Of a stretch of DNA of 64,000 bases, positions 35,545-48,804 are shown piece after piece. The translations under genes were made by a program, and so were the position numbers. The notes under the pieces are model-generated. The model saw only the letters and a program-made list of their open reading frames with translations, was not told where the DNA came from and searched no databases. The first letter of the stretch is position 1, and the number at the start of each line of letters is the position of its first letter. The DNA is from Lama guanicoe (lineage: Eukaryota). The stretch is from positions 17,798,029 through 17,862,028 of the forward strand of contig MU054323.1 of assembly GCA_013239625.1 (NCBI GenBank). The letters run 5' to 3'.

Positions 35545-36650
35545 ATTTCCAACACTTTATTATGGGAATTTTCAAACAAACAGAACAGGTGAAAGAAATC
35601 TACAGGGAAGGTGTGTATCTATCATCTGGATTATACAGTTAATATTTTACTTGCTTTATCACAAATCTCCTTATCTCCCTCTGCATCCACTGACCTCATT
35701 TTGGGGGATGCATTTCAAAGTCATTGGCTGACATCAATCAGTGCACTTTCCCCTAAGTGTTTCAGTAGACATATCAACTATAGATTAATATTTGTTTATA
35801 GTTCATTTTCTTTCCTTTTGAGGTAAAATTTATACACAGAAAATGCACAAATCTTAGGTGTACCATTTGATGAGTTTTAACTAATACGTACATCTGTGTA
35901 ACTCAAACTTCTATCCAAAGAAAATGTTACTGCACCTGAGAGCTCCCTCAAGCCCTTTCCCTGGGGAGGCTTCTCTGCCTCCACAGCACTCCCCCACCAG
36001 GAAGCGACTGTGCTGGTTTTTTCCCACCATAGACCTCTGTTCTAGAACTTCACATCGATGGAATGACTGCATGTGTCCTTCATGTAATGCTTCTTTCACT
36101 CAGCATAATGTTTTCATCCATGTTTTTGCAGATCTGCACTTTTCATTAAGCACTTCCTTATTTTCTGACATAAGATGATGTTTCAGGTTCAACTTGCACT
36201 TTCTCTGTTGCAGCCCTGGAGTTAGCTTTTTTTTTTTAAAAGGATCTCTGGCTTCCTTTAATAAAGAGTGTATTTAGAAACTAAGATCTGGGCACTCAGT
36301 GGGATAATTGCTATTAGGTGTCATTACTTTTAGGCTCATTCATTCAGTGAACAGACATAGGAAATATATATATATATGTATTTGTAGAATATATATGTGT
36401 ATTTACATATGTAAACATATGTACACACATACACATCTATAACTATTTGCATATCTGTCTGTGTGTACATACATATTCACACACACAAACACACATAATA
36501 ATAAAAGCTAAGTTCATACTGATACTTCAGTTCCAATCCAACACCTCAGGATTCTTTCTAGGATTCCCTGTTTTGAAGTTTATTAATACCTTCACTGGTA
36601 ATGAGAATTTTGGCTCCTATTATCCTGATATATTTGCTTATTGGCTCAAT
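35545..36650 (-). mobile_element. Cluster of old L1 3' fragments (L1MC/ME/MD-like)
   Basis: tttattatgggaattttcaaaca; aaatgcacaaatcttaggtgtac; tatttagaaactaagatctgggcact; gttcatactgatacttc. Confidence 0.75.
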
Positions 36651-37759
36651 CTCCCAACCATGCCGGCTGTCTCTTCCACCCACCACCTCCACACCCCACA
36701 TGCTCTTTGCCCTGTGTCTCACTCCCTTCTCCCTGCATCCATGCCTCTACATGGCTTCCTAAACCCTGCCACCTCCCTGTGATCTCAGTCGCTGAGTCCT
36801 CCATGCTGGGAAGGGAAGTAGAAGGAGCAGGCAACACATTTTGGTGGTCAAAATCCCAAATGAACAAAACCAACACTCTGTTCTATCTGCAGTCGTTCTA
36901 TTTCCTAGCTCCTGTTTCCTGAATTTTTATAAAGAAAAGCACTAGATCTTAAAAAAAGAAAAAAAAAGGGGAAGTAGGGTGAGAGATTTAGTGGAGTAAG
37001 TTACAATTTTATTAAGGTCCCAAGTAAAGGAGTTTTTAACAGGCTATTAGAATGCTAACCTGGACTTGCTGTGGAATCAGCGCAAAGCCTTCCCGATGCT
37101 GCCCAGCAGGGGCTAAGGCTGCTCTGTAACAAGTGAACACTCTTATGGCCTTCAAAGGCATTAATCAGTCGCAAGAAGTACTAGCAGAAGCCTCCATCTC
37201 AGACGTGCTGGCTGTCCTTGGACGGGCACAGAGGGCGAGGATCCCAGCCATTCGCACCAGCCCTCTGGCCTTGGCATTCACAAGGGCTCTGCTGTGACAA
37301 GCCTGCGGGCACCAAAGTCAGGCTAACACCCACTGACTTGCGCTTCCTGGGAGTTTCTCATTAGAGTCTTTGCTCACCACCTTAGGAGACAAACTCAGCC
37401 ATGGTTACTGTCACATTTCTTAAGTCTGAGAAATAATGTGGCTTTTGGAAAACAGTCTGATAATGCTTTCTGGAAGCTGTGGGAGGGAGGGACACCCTGA
37501 GTGCACCAAGCACCATGCAGCAATTGCTATTCCATTTCTAGCTCGGTATTTACTCTTCCCTGCTGCATTCCCAGCACCCACCAGAAAGCAGAGAAGATTC
37601 TTTGCTTATCAGATTGCAGAAAACGGGGTGCTCTCAGGGTCTGCCTTTATCTGTGGCCACACACTCCCTACTGACCAAGGAACCCACTTAATCATTTCTG
37701 AAATATGCCTCATTTGTAGGTTTAAGGCAGCCCTGACCTAAAATATAGATGACAGATTT

Positions 37760-37940
37760 GTTTCAATACATACACTAGCCTCTGATTAATTGTTAGTGTA
37801 GGCCTGAGAGCTGTGTGCTGAAGGACTTTGGGGCCTCATCAGGGCTCCATAGGAGAGAGAGCTGTAACTGATTAGTTATGTCTGCCAAGAGCATGGCAAG
37901 GAGGCCTGGGGTAAATGGACACCAAACTTGCCATCTCTAA
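37760..37940. mobile_element. MER102-like hAT-Charlie fragment
   Basis: gtgtgctgaagga...ctgattagttatgtctgcca...ttgccatctct. Confidence 0.55.
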
Positions 37941-38326
37941 CCTAGGATTAAACCTCATGTCCCAGCACAAGTTAGTAAGGCAGTTTGCCTGAGGTAGTTA
38001 GTAATTATCTTAATTTCAAAACTGCATGGTTGATAGAATCTCATGTTTGTTGTCCTTATTTTATTAATATTTTGGCACAAGTGTGTTCCCTGACTAATGA
38101 CAAGAAAGAGAAGAATGAATATTCATTGAACATCTACTAATTGTCAGTTACTGCTTTCAGGAGCTTTATTAAATATTGCTTACTATATACTCAAAAATAT
38201 AAAATAAGAATATTATTCCCCTTCTTAAAATAATACAGAAATTAAGCCCCAGTGAAGAAAATATTTGCCTAAACCATAATAGAAAACTTCAAATCCAAGG
38301 ATGATACTCATTTGAATATACTTGGG

Positions 38327-38519
38327 CAGTGGTTCTCACTCTTGGGAACAAATCAGAATCTCCTGGAAATATTTTAACAACATTTACAAATTTTGATGAC
38401 CGCATCTTGTCCCAGATCACTGATACCAGAATCTCTGGGGCAGGGGAGGCTCAGGCATAGGAATGGGTTAAAAAATTCCCCAGGTGATTCTAATTTGCAG
38501 CTAGGGGCAAGAGCCACTG
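38327..38519. mobile_element. MER5B-like MITE between minus-strand MIR fragments (about 38110-38310 and 38590-38770)
   Basis: cagtggttctcact...tccccaggtgattctaatttgcag...gagccactg. Confidence 0.8.
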
Positions 38520-39023
38520 GGCCAAGGGAGCAGGATAATTCATATTTACAGAATGCCCACTCTGAGCCCAGCTTTCCCCCCTTCCCCATATTCTATCTGG
38601 TTTAATTATCATGTAGTTTCTCAAAGAAAGCACCATTAGCCTTATTTTACTGATGAGGAAAACAGAGACTCAGAAAACTTAAAGAAATTGCCAAAAGTTC
38701 TTGCAGTGGAACTGGAATTTGAGTGTAAATCTGTTTACTTCCAAAGTACTTGCTCTTTCCACGGCACCATGCATTTTTTTGTTGTTGTAAAGTTTCTAAA
38801 CCCAAGCTCTGGCCTCAACCTTAGTGTTGAATAAATCTGGATTTGCACCTAGTTTCCAAATCTGACCCCAACCTGTCATTCCATTTCTTGACTCAGTTCT
38901 CTAGCTCCAGCTGGAAGCACCGTTCATCATCTTAGCATTTGGATTCACGGTAGAGAAATGCAAGATGCACTCCCTAAAGTTACCACCTGGTAGCCTGTGG
39001 GCTTTGAGCAGCTTAGGGTGAAG

Positions 39024-39380
39024 CTGTTTCCAGAGCCAGGGGTCCTGTACAGTGACCTTGATGGAACCCAAAGAATGGAAAGTTTGCCACCGGAGCCCTT
39101 TATGAAGTGAGAAGTCCTTCAATAAGGAAAATCTGGCTTCCAGCAGCATGAATAGCTTAAAGGGACTAATTTAAGACTAGCCAATTAGCTTCCAAGTTTG
39201 AAATTCCCCTAACCCCTTAAATTTCACCCTGAACCCTGAATGGAGGAGGTAAATTTGAGAGCTTTGCTTCTTGTCTTTTTGCCAGTCAATCTTGCCATAA
39301 AGCTCTTCCTTTTCTCAGAAGCAGATGTCTAAGTATTGGCTTCTGTGCACATTGGGCAGTTGGCCTTTGCTTGGTGAAAA
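39024..39380 (+). mobile_element. ERV1-type solo LTR (MER4-group-like)
   Basis: agccaattagc, ataaagctcttccttttctca and tattggcttctgtgcacattgggcag resemble ERV1 R/U5 motifs. Confidence 0.6.
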
Positions 39381-41545
39381 TATCAAGTCATGTAGGACAC
39401 CTGACTCACCAAGGTGAGCCTGGCCCTGCATCTCCATCCTGAACTGCTGCCTGGTCTGAGGATGCTCTCCGCTCTGTGGACACCGGTGGTCTTACGGGAA
39501 GAGGGAATAGAGCATAGGGAGGTTGGGGAACCTATGTTACTTGAAATCTAAGTACGATAGAAAGTGGCTCGTTGGCTAAAATTAAAACCCAGTCAGATTT
39601 GAATAGCCACCCTGGGTTTGACTGATGATCTGTTCTAATTCTCTTCTCAAGGATGGCACCTCCCACGGTGCTGTCTCCACTCCACCACTCCCGCTGCCAA
39701 AACAAGAAATCAGCGATCATTTGGAGGGAAGTTTTCCTCAGAACAAACAGCTATGTCTCTTGATGCAGAGCATAGACTTTCCTTGAAAGGCTTTCTGTCG
39801 AAACAGACAAGGTCCCAGCTCGCCTTCCTTTCAGAGAGATGAAAATAATCACAGCCTGCGGTGGTTGAGGGCGCCGTGGAAACTAAACTCCTTTGCCCTG
39901 AGGTGCAGGGATGGGTGTGTGTGTGTGTTTTATTTATTATTTACTGAGAAACCTGTCCAAACACTGCATTTTAGGAACCGGTAAGAAATACCCATGAAAA
40001 ATATGAGCACCCGAGGCATGAAAGAGCCTTTGAAAATAGGACAGACTTTCATTAGCGCCTACCTGGAGTCTGTGGGTGAGGCAGTCTGTAAGCACTACCC
40101 TCTCATCCTCACAAATCAATTTTTCAACTTGGTTTAGACTCCGGGAAGCAGTGAGATTGGGGATTTCAAATGGGCCTCTCAGTCCAGATGTGTCCATAAT
40201 AGAAACCACTGGGCAGTAGGGCATAATTAACAATCTTCCCTTCACTGAGACCGCAGAATGGCATTAATTTACCAACGGGGCTTGACGTGAATTGGCTAGA
40301 ATGTCTGAGTAGATTTCCAGCTGCTGCTCATGCAGCTCTGGCTTCCAGCAGTATTTGCATTCCAAATAAAACAAGGCCTGAAATAGATGTGTGATACACG
40401 TTCAAAGCTATTTTTAATCAATGATCACTTGGTTCGCTGGGAAAGATTATCAGCAGGTCACAATCCATTTTGGATTTTGCTGTGTCCTGCAGAACTGCTC
40501 CAAACACACAGCAACTTCAGCTTCCCCTGTGGTCTTGGTGCTTCGTCAGTGCTGGGGATGAAGGGGAGGAGGGGACTTGAGTGGACGGGAGCTGCAGAGC
40601 CATGTTTACAGTGACAAGCACCAGAGCTAGAGGGCCATTTACTTGAACTGAGGTCCTGTCTAAATTTGTCCTGGTCCCACAGAGAAACTTTATGGGGCAA
40701 TCATAAGCCCGAGGATTCTGTCCTTTGAACCTCCATCCTGAAACTCACCATGTTACTGTCCAGCAAGCCAATCCATTTCAATTCAAGGGAGAACCCAGAG
40801 AGAAATATTTATTTCTCGTTTGCTAAGCCCTGTCGAGCTGTGGGGATGCTGTGAGCAGTGCACATTTCTTTATAGATAGGGTCTTCCTGGAAGCTTGAGA
40901 TTTCTGTCGGGACTGCTGCCAATATTATCCACTAGTTATTGTTGTTGTTGTTTTAAATAATAGCACCTTACAGTTATTTAGTACAGTTACTGTTTGCAAG
41001 CAAATCTATAATCTCATTTGCAAAAGGCATTTACATAGTATGAATACTTAAATACTTATAATTGCATATTAATTTTTCTTAACAGAATATGCTAATATTA
41101 TTTTCCCCTCCCTTATGTCTCTCTTCTCTTTTTCTATAATCTTTTCCTTTTTGATCCAGCTCTTCTGACTTTTTTTTTTTTTAACACAGCTGTTGGCAAC
41201 TGTATTTCAGTTGATCCCCAGGACCATTAGTCTCAGAGCTTTATCTTTCTACTTAAAAAAAAGAAACCCTCTGTCTTTTACCCATAACATTCATTTTGCC
41301 CTCATTATCTATCCTCTCCAAATACTAATTTATAGTCCCCAAAAACATTTTGCCATGGTTTATTTAGAGTTTAGATGTGGCTTTGTGTTTTTTCGAATGA
41401 GTTCTTTTATGTACATTTCCTTTCTATTCTTGAATTTTATAAGAATTGATCAAGAATATTTGATTGTCATGTACATGAAGGAAAGGAGTAGGGGCCCAGA
41501 AGTGAACCTGGATTTCACATGTGTGTTTAAAAAAAACTCAATGGA

Positions 41546-41657
41546 TATGGTGACCAATTGTCTCAGTTGCCTAGGACTGTCCTGATTTTAGCACTAAACA
41601 TCCTACATGTTGGGAAAACATTCCATCCTGGGAAAACCGGGATGTTTGATGGCTCTA
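41546..41657. mobile_element. MER81-like MITE
   Basis: tatggtgaccaattgtc...ggactgtcctgattttagcact...ctgggaaaaccgggatg. Confidence 0.75.
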
Positions 41658-42490
41658 GCTCTTGGAGTGATCTGCCTAAGAAAAGGAGAAAGTGCAACTG
41701 ACCAGGAAGGCAGAGATTTGATGCCTCCACTTCCTTGTTTACATCCTAAGGGAATTAAAAAGCATCCACCCTCTCCTTGGTGTATGTAGGGGCTGTCATC
41801 ATCAACTCTTACTTTATTTTTCCTAATCTCACTTCTCCTTTTATCTTCTCCATCACTAATCCCCATCATTTAGAAATTCTGCTCCTGCATTCTGACTGTA
41901 GCAGCCAGGACACATCCTTGGATGTGAACAAAGGAGAGTTAAGTGGAAAAATTAAATTCAGGGCATGGGGAGGAGAGGTTGGGGAATTGCGGGAGAGAGC
42001 ATACACTGAATACATGAAACCTCAGATATAAATTTAATTAATATTTTGTTATGTGATATATTCCATATATTTACAAACTTTTAAAGAGCTTGAAAAATGT
42101 CTTCAGTGATAAACCCACCACCAATCTCTGTTTTGAATGGAAATAGACTTCATTTACTATGTCTTTGTATATACTTTGCTTATTTTTCCTTTTGAGATTA
42201 CCAGTCTTTATGCTCCACTCTGCCACTGTATTCTGGACAGTGCTTGTGTATCTACCCCTTTTCACTTAAAAAAAACAAAGAAAAATCTAAAGTAGATTCA
42301 CACTTGTAGTCAGTCTTTTAATAGAGGCAGGTAGAATCTGATGTTTGCTTTTCTATTGCTGTTATTTTCTGCCATTTCAATACGAAAGCCTTAAACTGAA
42401 ATGGACTCTATTTATCTTGCCTCATTCATTCAGATGTGTTGTACTGTTGCAGATTAGGGGGCCCTTTTCTCAGTTTTTCCTGATGATCCA

Positions 42491-42996
42491 TGTGGTAGCC
42501 AGCCTCCTAGATTGCCCCAATGATCTCCACCTCCTGGTATTCATGCCCTCTTGTACATTAAGTAGGCTGATACTTGTACCCTCTGGGATATTGCAGAAAT
42601 GATGGTGCATGACTTCTGATACTAGCTTATAAGAGACACTGTGACTTCTGTCTTGCTCCCTTTGTCTCTGCTGAACAATCACTTACCCTGAGGGAAGCAG
42701 TCACCATGCTGGGAGAACCGCAGTGATCCGTGGAAAGGCCCCACATGGGAGGAATTGAGGCCTTCTGCCCCAAATTAGTGTTTCTTTGGTGACCTATCTT
42801 GGAAGCAGAGCCTCCAGCCCCATTCAAGCCTTCAGATGGCTGCAGCCCCGGCTGACGTCTTGACTGTAACCTCTAGAATCAGAACCACCCAGCTAAGCTG
42901 CTCCCAAATTCTTGACCCACAGAAACTTTGTGAGATAATAAATGTTTATTTTTTGTTTTGAGCCACTAAGTTACACAGCAGTACATTAGGATTACA
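42491..42996 (+). mobile_element. MLT1E/F-like MaLR solo LTR
   Basis: tgtggtagccagcctcc...gacccacagaaactttgtgagataataaatg...attaca; TSD atcca/gtcca. Confidence 0.9.
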
Positions 42997-43439
42997 GTCC
43001 ATCGACCTTAAGAGTTTTTCTTACACCAGAGGGACTTCACTCAACATTCGTGAGAGGAATATGCAATTAATGCAATTAACACCAGAAACTACACAATTAA
43101 CTTTAACCATATTCTAGTGACAACTTCCAAATCCTTCTGGTATTTACTTTCTCTCTTTGATTTTTTGTTTTATTTCCCAATTTTTTCCCTGCCTTTTATC
43201 CTCTCCATAGTATATGAGATAAATTTTTATCATCATTCTACATCTTTATATCTTTAATACTATCTGTCATACTGTACCTTTGTTTTTAGTTTCAGCTTTA
43301 TATTTATTGTATTGACTTTAACTGAATTTGTTTCTTCTACTTTTAAAGTAGCATTTGCTTATTGTAGACATTTGGATAATACTGAAAAAGTAGAAGGAAG
43401 AAAAATTATCTCTCATATTCCTTCCATCTAATCACAATT

Positions 43440-43690
43440 AGTTCCATCATTTAAGAAATAATGATTGAATATCTGCGATGTGCTGGATACTGTGGGCGTG
43501 ATAAGATAATCAAGATAACCTGTTCTCAAAGCAGCTAATAGCCTAGACAGGGGTATAGACAAGTAAGCAGAAAATTACAACACAATGTTATCAGTAGAAA
43601 GAATAAGTGAAGGTCTTTTTGGAACATACAGATAGGTATAGTTTGGGGGTCCCCTGAAAGCCTCTTAGAGTAACTGACCTGTTAGACTCC
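43440..43690 (-). mobile_element. L2 tail
   Basis: cattaagaaataatgattgaatatct...tgtgctggatactg...ctgttctcaaagcagct-like motifs. Confidence 0.65.
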
Positions 43691-43719
43691 CCTTGACTGA
43701 GGAAACGAAACCTTCATGA

Positions 43720-45720
43720 GACACCTTGATCTCCCCATCACCAAATCTATACACCTGTCAGCAGTGCGCTCTTCCTTCCATTCCATTACAGTGGAACACG
43801 TGTCCCCCTGCAGTTGAAAGACTTCATGCCTGCAATCACTCTCTGCTGGATCACTCAGATCTGCATTCATAAGGGCTTCAGAATATCTTATCTTCAAAGA
43901 ACCCTGCTTGGGCAACCGTATCTTCTGACTTGTGTTACATTTCTCTGTCCTCCTTCACAGTGAACTGCGTGAAAGTGTTGTCTTCACTCGCTTTTTCACT
44001 TCCTCTCATTTGAGTCTCTCTTCATTTCACCACTTCATGGAAGCTCTTCTTATCAAGATAGGTAAGGGTTAACTTTTCCAGGACTGATCCTAAGCAAGCT
44101 GGTTATCCAGGATAGGAGTTGGCCCCCATCAAAACTAACCATGGCCAACTGCTTGAGTGGTCAACCACAAGAGTTGGACTTCAGCCTCCTCATTGTGCCA
44201 TGGGGAAGGACTGCTTCTCCCTTAATTGACAAATGCTGAACTGGAAGAACAGGACTGGAGCCAAGGTTACACAACGCATTCCACTTTTGGACCTCCAATT
44301 ATACAGGGTGAAAACCCCTCAGCCCAGTGGCTGTGGTCCCTCTCCTGGAATCTGATGTCCAGTCCTGCTAGATCTCTGTGCATTGCAGCAGGGCATCCCC
44401 ACATCTACTGCTGCTCCTGTGTCTTCGTTTCCCTCCGTGAATGCTGCTCCAGTCCACCTGGAGTATGTGCTGCTATTTGCCCTTATTGGCCTGGCAACCA
44501 ACAAAATCCATGTTGCCAAACTGACCATTTCTTTGTCCTCTTGTTACTCAGCCTCTAAGCAGCATTCTACACCATTGTCTTCCTTTTGGTAGAAATACTA
44601 TTGTTTTCTCTTGGCTTCTGTGACATCAGCCTCTGCAGGTTTTCCTCCCATCTTACCAGCTGCTGCTTCTTAGTCTCCGTGGCTGCTTCCTCCGTGACAG
44701 ACTTCTGCTGTCTTTTCTGGTTATACTCACTCCCTAGAAAGTCTCATGAAAAGCCTCTTGACTTTTCATGTCAACTATTTTTCATATGCATAATATAATA
44801 TTTTGTGGATGGTGTGAAAAACGGCGATGTTTAACCTGAACAATTAATTTTTAAAATAAAGTAACACTATTATGTATACATGATAACCTTCAAATTTCTG
44901 TCTTCTTCCCTGAACTTGCTATTGAACTCTATACTGTAGATCCAACTGTCTTCTTGACACTCCCACTGGGATGTCTAATAGGGACCTCAAAATGAACATG
45001 GCTGAAACATGTTGATTCTTTATCCTTGCATTCCCATCAGTTACTTTCCAAGGATTTTTCTCAAGAAATTCTCTTTATCGCCCTTCTATCTAATCTATCA
45101 CCAGCTCACATCAGGTTTTCCCCATGATATATCCACAATCGGCCCACTTTTTTTTATTCTCGATTGCTCACCTCGTTCAAGACATCATCAGCTCTTGTCT
45201 GAATACCTACAATAGTTTCCTAACTGGTCTCCCTGTGTCTTGTCCCCTCCCTAACCTGCTCTGGAATCAATTTTTTCTTTACCCAGTATCTATAACAATC
45301 TTTAAAAAGCATATAAATCTTATCACTTCATTTCCCTACTTAATACCCCCAGCAGTTTTCATTCCAGGGCTCTTGTCTATCTTTCTGGCTTAATTTCATA
45401 ACATGCTCTCTTCTGCTTACTAGACTCCAGCCCCAGGAGGACTTGGTGTCTTCCTAGATGTCAGTCTTGCCAGAGGGCCTCTGTGTCTGCTTCCTCTCAG
45501 CCCAGAGTCACTCTTTGTAGGACTGGCTCATTCTGGTGACTCAGGTCATTCAGGTCCCAGCTTAAATCATTTCTTTATTCAAAGATCTTCTAAGAGCATC
45601 TAGCAAATAAAGAGGTACTCCTTCCAACACCACCCCACTTGCTCCCCACAACCTTGTCACTCTCTGACCCATTTTCCCAGTTGATTTTGGTCACTGCACA
45701 CTCATATCATGATTGAAAAA
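43720..45720 (+). mobile_element. Long L2 fragment(s), interrupted at about 44058-44500
   Basis: ctcttatcaag|atgttgccaaa; ttggcttctgtgaca; tccaactgtcttcttgacactcccactgggatgtctaatagg; aatagtttcctaactggtctccctg. Confidence 0.8.
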
Positions 45721-45734
45721 TAGCTTGCTTGGAA

Positions 45735-45968
45735 GGCAGTCTAGCAAAGCAGGTAAGAACCTGGGCCAGGAAGCCAGACTTCCTGGGTTTGAAACCACCT
45801 CACCCACTTATTGCCTCTGCACAAGGTCTCTAACCTCTCTGTGCCTGGGTTTCCTCATCTGTTAATTTGAGTCAATAACTATTATGAGGAGTAAGTAAGT
45901 GAGTTACAACATGTAAAGTGCCTAGAACACGCCTGGTACATCATCAGGGCTCACTGAACATTTGCTCT
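45735..45968 (+). mobile_element. Near full-length MIR
   Basis: gccagacttcctgggtttgaa...taacctctctgtgcctgggtttcctcatctg...atgtaaagtgcctagaaca. Confidence 0.9.
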
Positions 45969-46007
45969 CATGAGGCTATTTGTCTTCCTGCACGAGAATA
46001 TGCACTC

Positions 46008-46440
46008 TGTGAGAGCAAGCTTTGTGCTGAATGCCTCTTCCACTTCCCTCCAGATCCACGTTCTGCCTTTCCCACCTTGCCCGCTGACCCAGCAGATGAC
46101 ATACAGGGACCACAGCCAATAGTCCCTTACAGCTGGCTCCTGTGGAGCAGCGGTGGTAGTGAGCTGGGAGTTGGCTCCCTCCGCCGGGGGAATCAGGATG
46201 GCTGTGTCCTTGACTGGAAGTCACAGGTCCTATCAGACGGCCTCTCCACACGCTCTTTCTCCAGGCTCCACTATTTCCTTCCTTTGTCCCCTCAGCCCCA
46301 TGGTGTCCACTGTAACCATCCTTTGTGACTCCCCTACACCCTGCCCACTGACATCTGCTTAAATCACTCCTGTGTAAAGTCTCCTCAAATTACTTGACGT
46401 GAACTCGCCATCTGTTTTCTGCCAGCCCTTTGATGATACA
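46008..46440 (+). mobile_element. LTR16-like ERVL solo LTR inside an L2 tail
   Basis: ttccctccagatccac...ctcaaattact...gccatctgttttctgccagccctttgatgataca; the L2 tail with (GAAT)n resumes at 46441-46545. Confidence 0.7.
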
Positions 46441-46989
46441 GGGACCTGGTCCGTCTTGTTCACTGTTTTCTCCAGGGACCTGGCATACAGTAAAGCTCAG
46501 TGAGATCCTGTGGGATGGATGGAATGAATGAATGAACAAACAAGTACTCTGAGATCTGAAGGAAAAGGTGTTAACCTGGGCAGTAAGGTGGGGAAAAGTG
46601 TTCCAAGAGAGAAACAGAAGAGAAAGCCTTGGCAGAGAGAAAATGGCATTCTGAGTAACGGAAGGAAATTAATGAGAGCTGGACTGTGAGGTGGTGAGAG
46701 TGTGGAGTGAGACTGAGGTGGAAAGAAGGGCCAAGTTCTTTACTGACGCGAGGAGGAGACAGTAAGAGAGGAAAGTTGTAGGAATATGTGTGTAGTTTTT
46801 TTTTTTTTTGCAAAAATTGCAAACATATGATATGAATCCTTTCTAGGATCCCATTGTTTTTATAATAAAAGTACTAAAGCAAATTTGAAAAGTATATGAA
46901 AATATAAAGGCAAAAATATAAGTCACCTGGAGTTCCAAAACAAAGTAATATTCTCCATGTGGTTTATGTAATAGCAACTGTCACAACAG

Positions 46990-47222
46990 CCAACTTAGAT
47001 TTAGTGCCAACTAAGGGCCAGGGCTGTTCTAGGTGCTTTATATTTAACAGCCCGTACAGTCCTCAGGACAACCTGTGAGGCAGGTACCCCGTGATCCCTA
47101 TTTTCCAGATGAAGCAACTGAGGCTCAGAGGATGTTTCTTCCCTAAAGCACATGACTGCCAAGGGCTGAACAGTGACTCCAGGCAACCAGACACCACTTC
47201 CCATATCTTGTAACAACACACT
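46990..47222 (-). mobile_element. MIR
   Basis: ctgttctaggtgcttta...ttttccagatgaagcaactgaggctcagag. Confidence 0.85.
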
Positions 47223-47225
47223 ATT

Positions 47226-47503
47226 TTTTTTAAATTGAAGTAAAGTCAGTTTATAAGATTGTGTCAATTTCTGGTGTACAGCATAATGTTTCAGTCATAC
47301 ATATACATACATACACATACATACATATATTCCTTTTCACATTCTTCTTCATTATAGGTTACTACAAGATATTGAATATAGTTCCCTGTCCTGTACAGAA
47401 GAAACTTGCTGTGTATCTATTTTATATATAGTAGTGTGTATCTGCAAATCTCGAACTCCCAATTTATCCCTTCCCACCCTCTTTCCCCGCTGGTAGCCAT
47501 AAG
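47226..47503 (-). mobile_element. Young L1 3' tail (about 280 bp)
   Basis: Very similar to the tails at 29310-29550 and, inverted, 51460-51720; TSD acactatt. Confidence 0.9.
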
Positions 47504-48256
47504 AACACTATTACATCAGACTTTAAAAACATAGTTAAGGGGCCACATTTTCTGTACTGATGTTTGGCACTGGAGTACAGATTGAGGTGGAAGATGACAT
47601 ACAAAGTATTAGGGTTGTTCAGGATTCACTTAAAATACAGAAATTCTTCTTCAGATTTCTTATCAATGAAAACTATTATATTATTTCATATGACTCTGTC
47701 ACTGGGGAGAGGAAAAATTTTCAGTCATTTTCCCAGCCCCATGAACAGTTTAGATAGGTAAAAACGTCAGCACAGAACAACACCAATTATTATTTTTAAC
47801 TTTTTATTTTGAAATAAGCTTAGACTTACAGAAGACTTCCAAAAACAGTCCAGAGATGTTCATATATCTTTCACCCAACTTCCCCTAATGCTGACATCTT
47901 ACAAGACCGTGAGACAACGATCAAAATAAGAAATTGCCATTGATATAATACTATTAATTGAACTGCAGACTTTATTCAGATTTCATCATTCTCCCCATTA
48001 ATGTCCCTTCTCCGGTCCAGGGATCTCATTGCAATTTAGTCTCTAACCGTTCTGACCGTCCATTAGCCTTTCCTTGTCTTCCATGACTGATACTTTTCAA
48101 GAGTCTGACCACATATTTTATAGAATGTTGCTCACTTTGGCTTTGTCTGATGTTTTTTCACAGTTAGGTTGCAATTATGCGCTTTGGGAAGGATATGTTA
48201 GGGGCTATGTACCCTTCTCAGTGTATCACATAGGTGGATATGTGATCCAGTATACC

Positions 48257-48401
48257 TTTTTTTTCTTTTTTAATGCTCCAAAAAGGCAGCTTTCATGCAT
48301 GCTCTTGGAGAAACACGGAAGTACATGGTAGAGCGCTCTATGTTTAGAAGCATTTCGGCTCCAGGAAGGCAGGGTTGTGGAATTCATTCTGGGCTGGTAG
48401 G
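48257..48401 (-). other. Orphan retrotransposed insertion (non-TE sequence, A tail and TSD)
   Basis: T-rich tail at the left end; TSD ccagtatacctt/ccagcatacttt; splits an otherwise continuous L1. Confidence 0.65.
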
Positions 48402-48667
48402 CCAGCATACTTTATTGCAAGTGATGTTAATCTTGATCACTTGGTTAAGGTGGTGTCTGCCCTACTTTATGATGCAGTCACTATTTTTCCTGTTGTAGTT
48501 AATAAATAATTTTTGGATAATATTTTGAGACTATGCAAATATCCTGTTTCTCTTCAAGCTTTTATCCACTAGTTTGAGTGAGTATTCATCGGTAGATCTT
48601 GCCTGCAGCAATTATTATGGTAGTCTTCTAATAGTGATCTTCTATTTCCCTTTTTCTTTCTATTTTT

Positions 48668-48804
48668 CTTTGTTTTTTTTTGTTTTTGGGGGGGGAGGTA
48701 ATTTTATTTGGTTTATATATTTATTTAATGGAAGTACTGGGGATTGAACCCATGACCTCGTGTATGCTAAACATACACTTTACCACTGAGCTATACCCTC
48801 CCCC
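48668..48804 (-). mobile_element. Camelid-type tRNA-derived SINE (Vic-1-like)
   Basis: Reverse complement ggggagggtatagctcagtggta...gggttcaatccccagtac; TSD tttctat(t/c)ttt. Confidence 0.9.
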
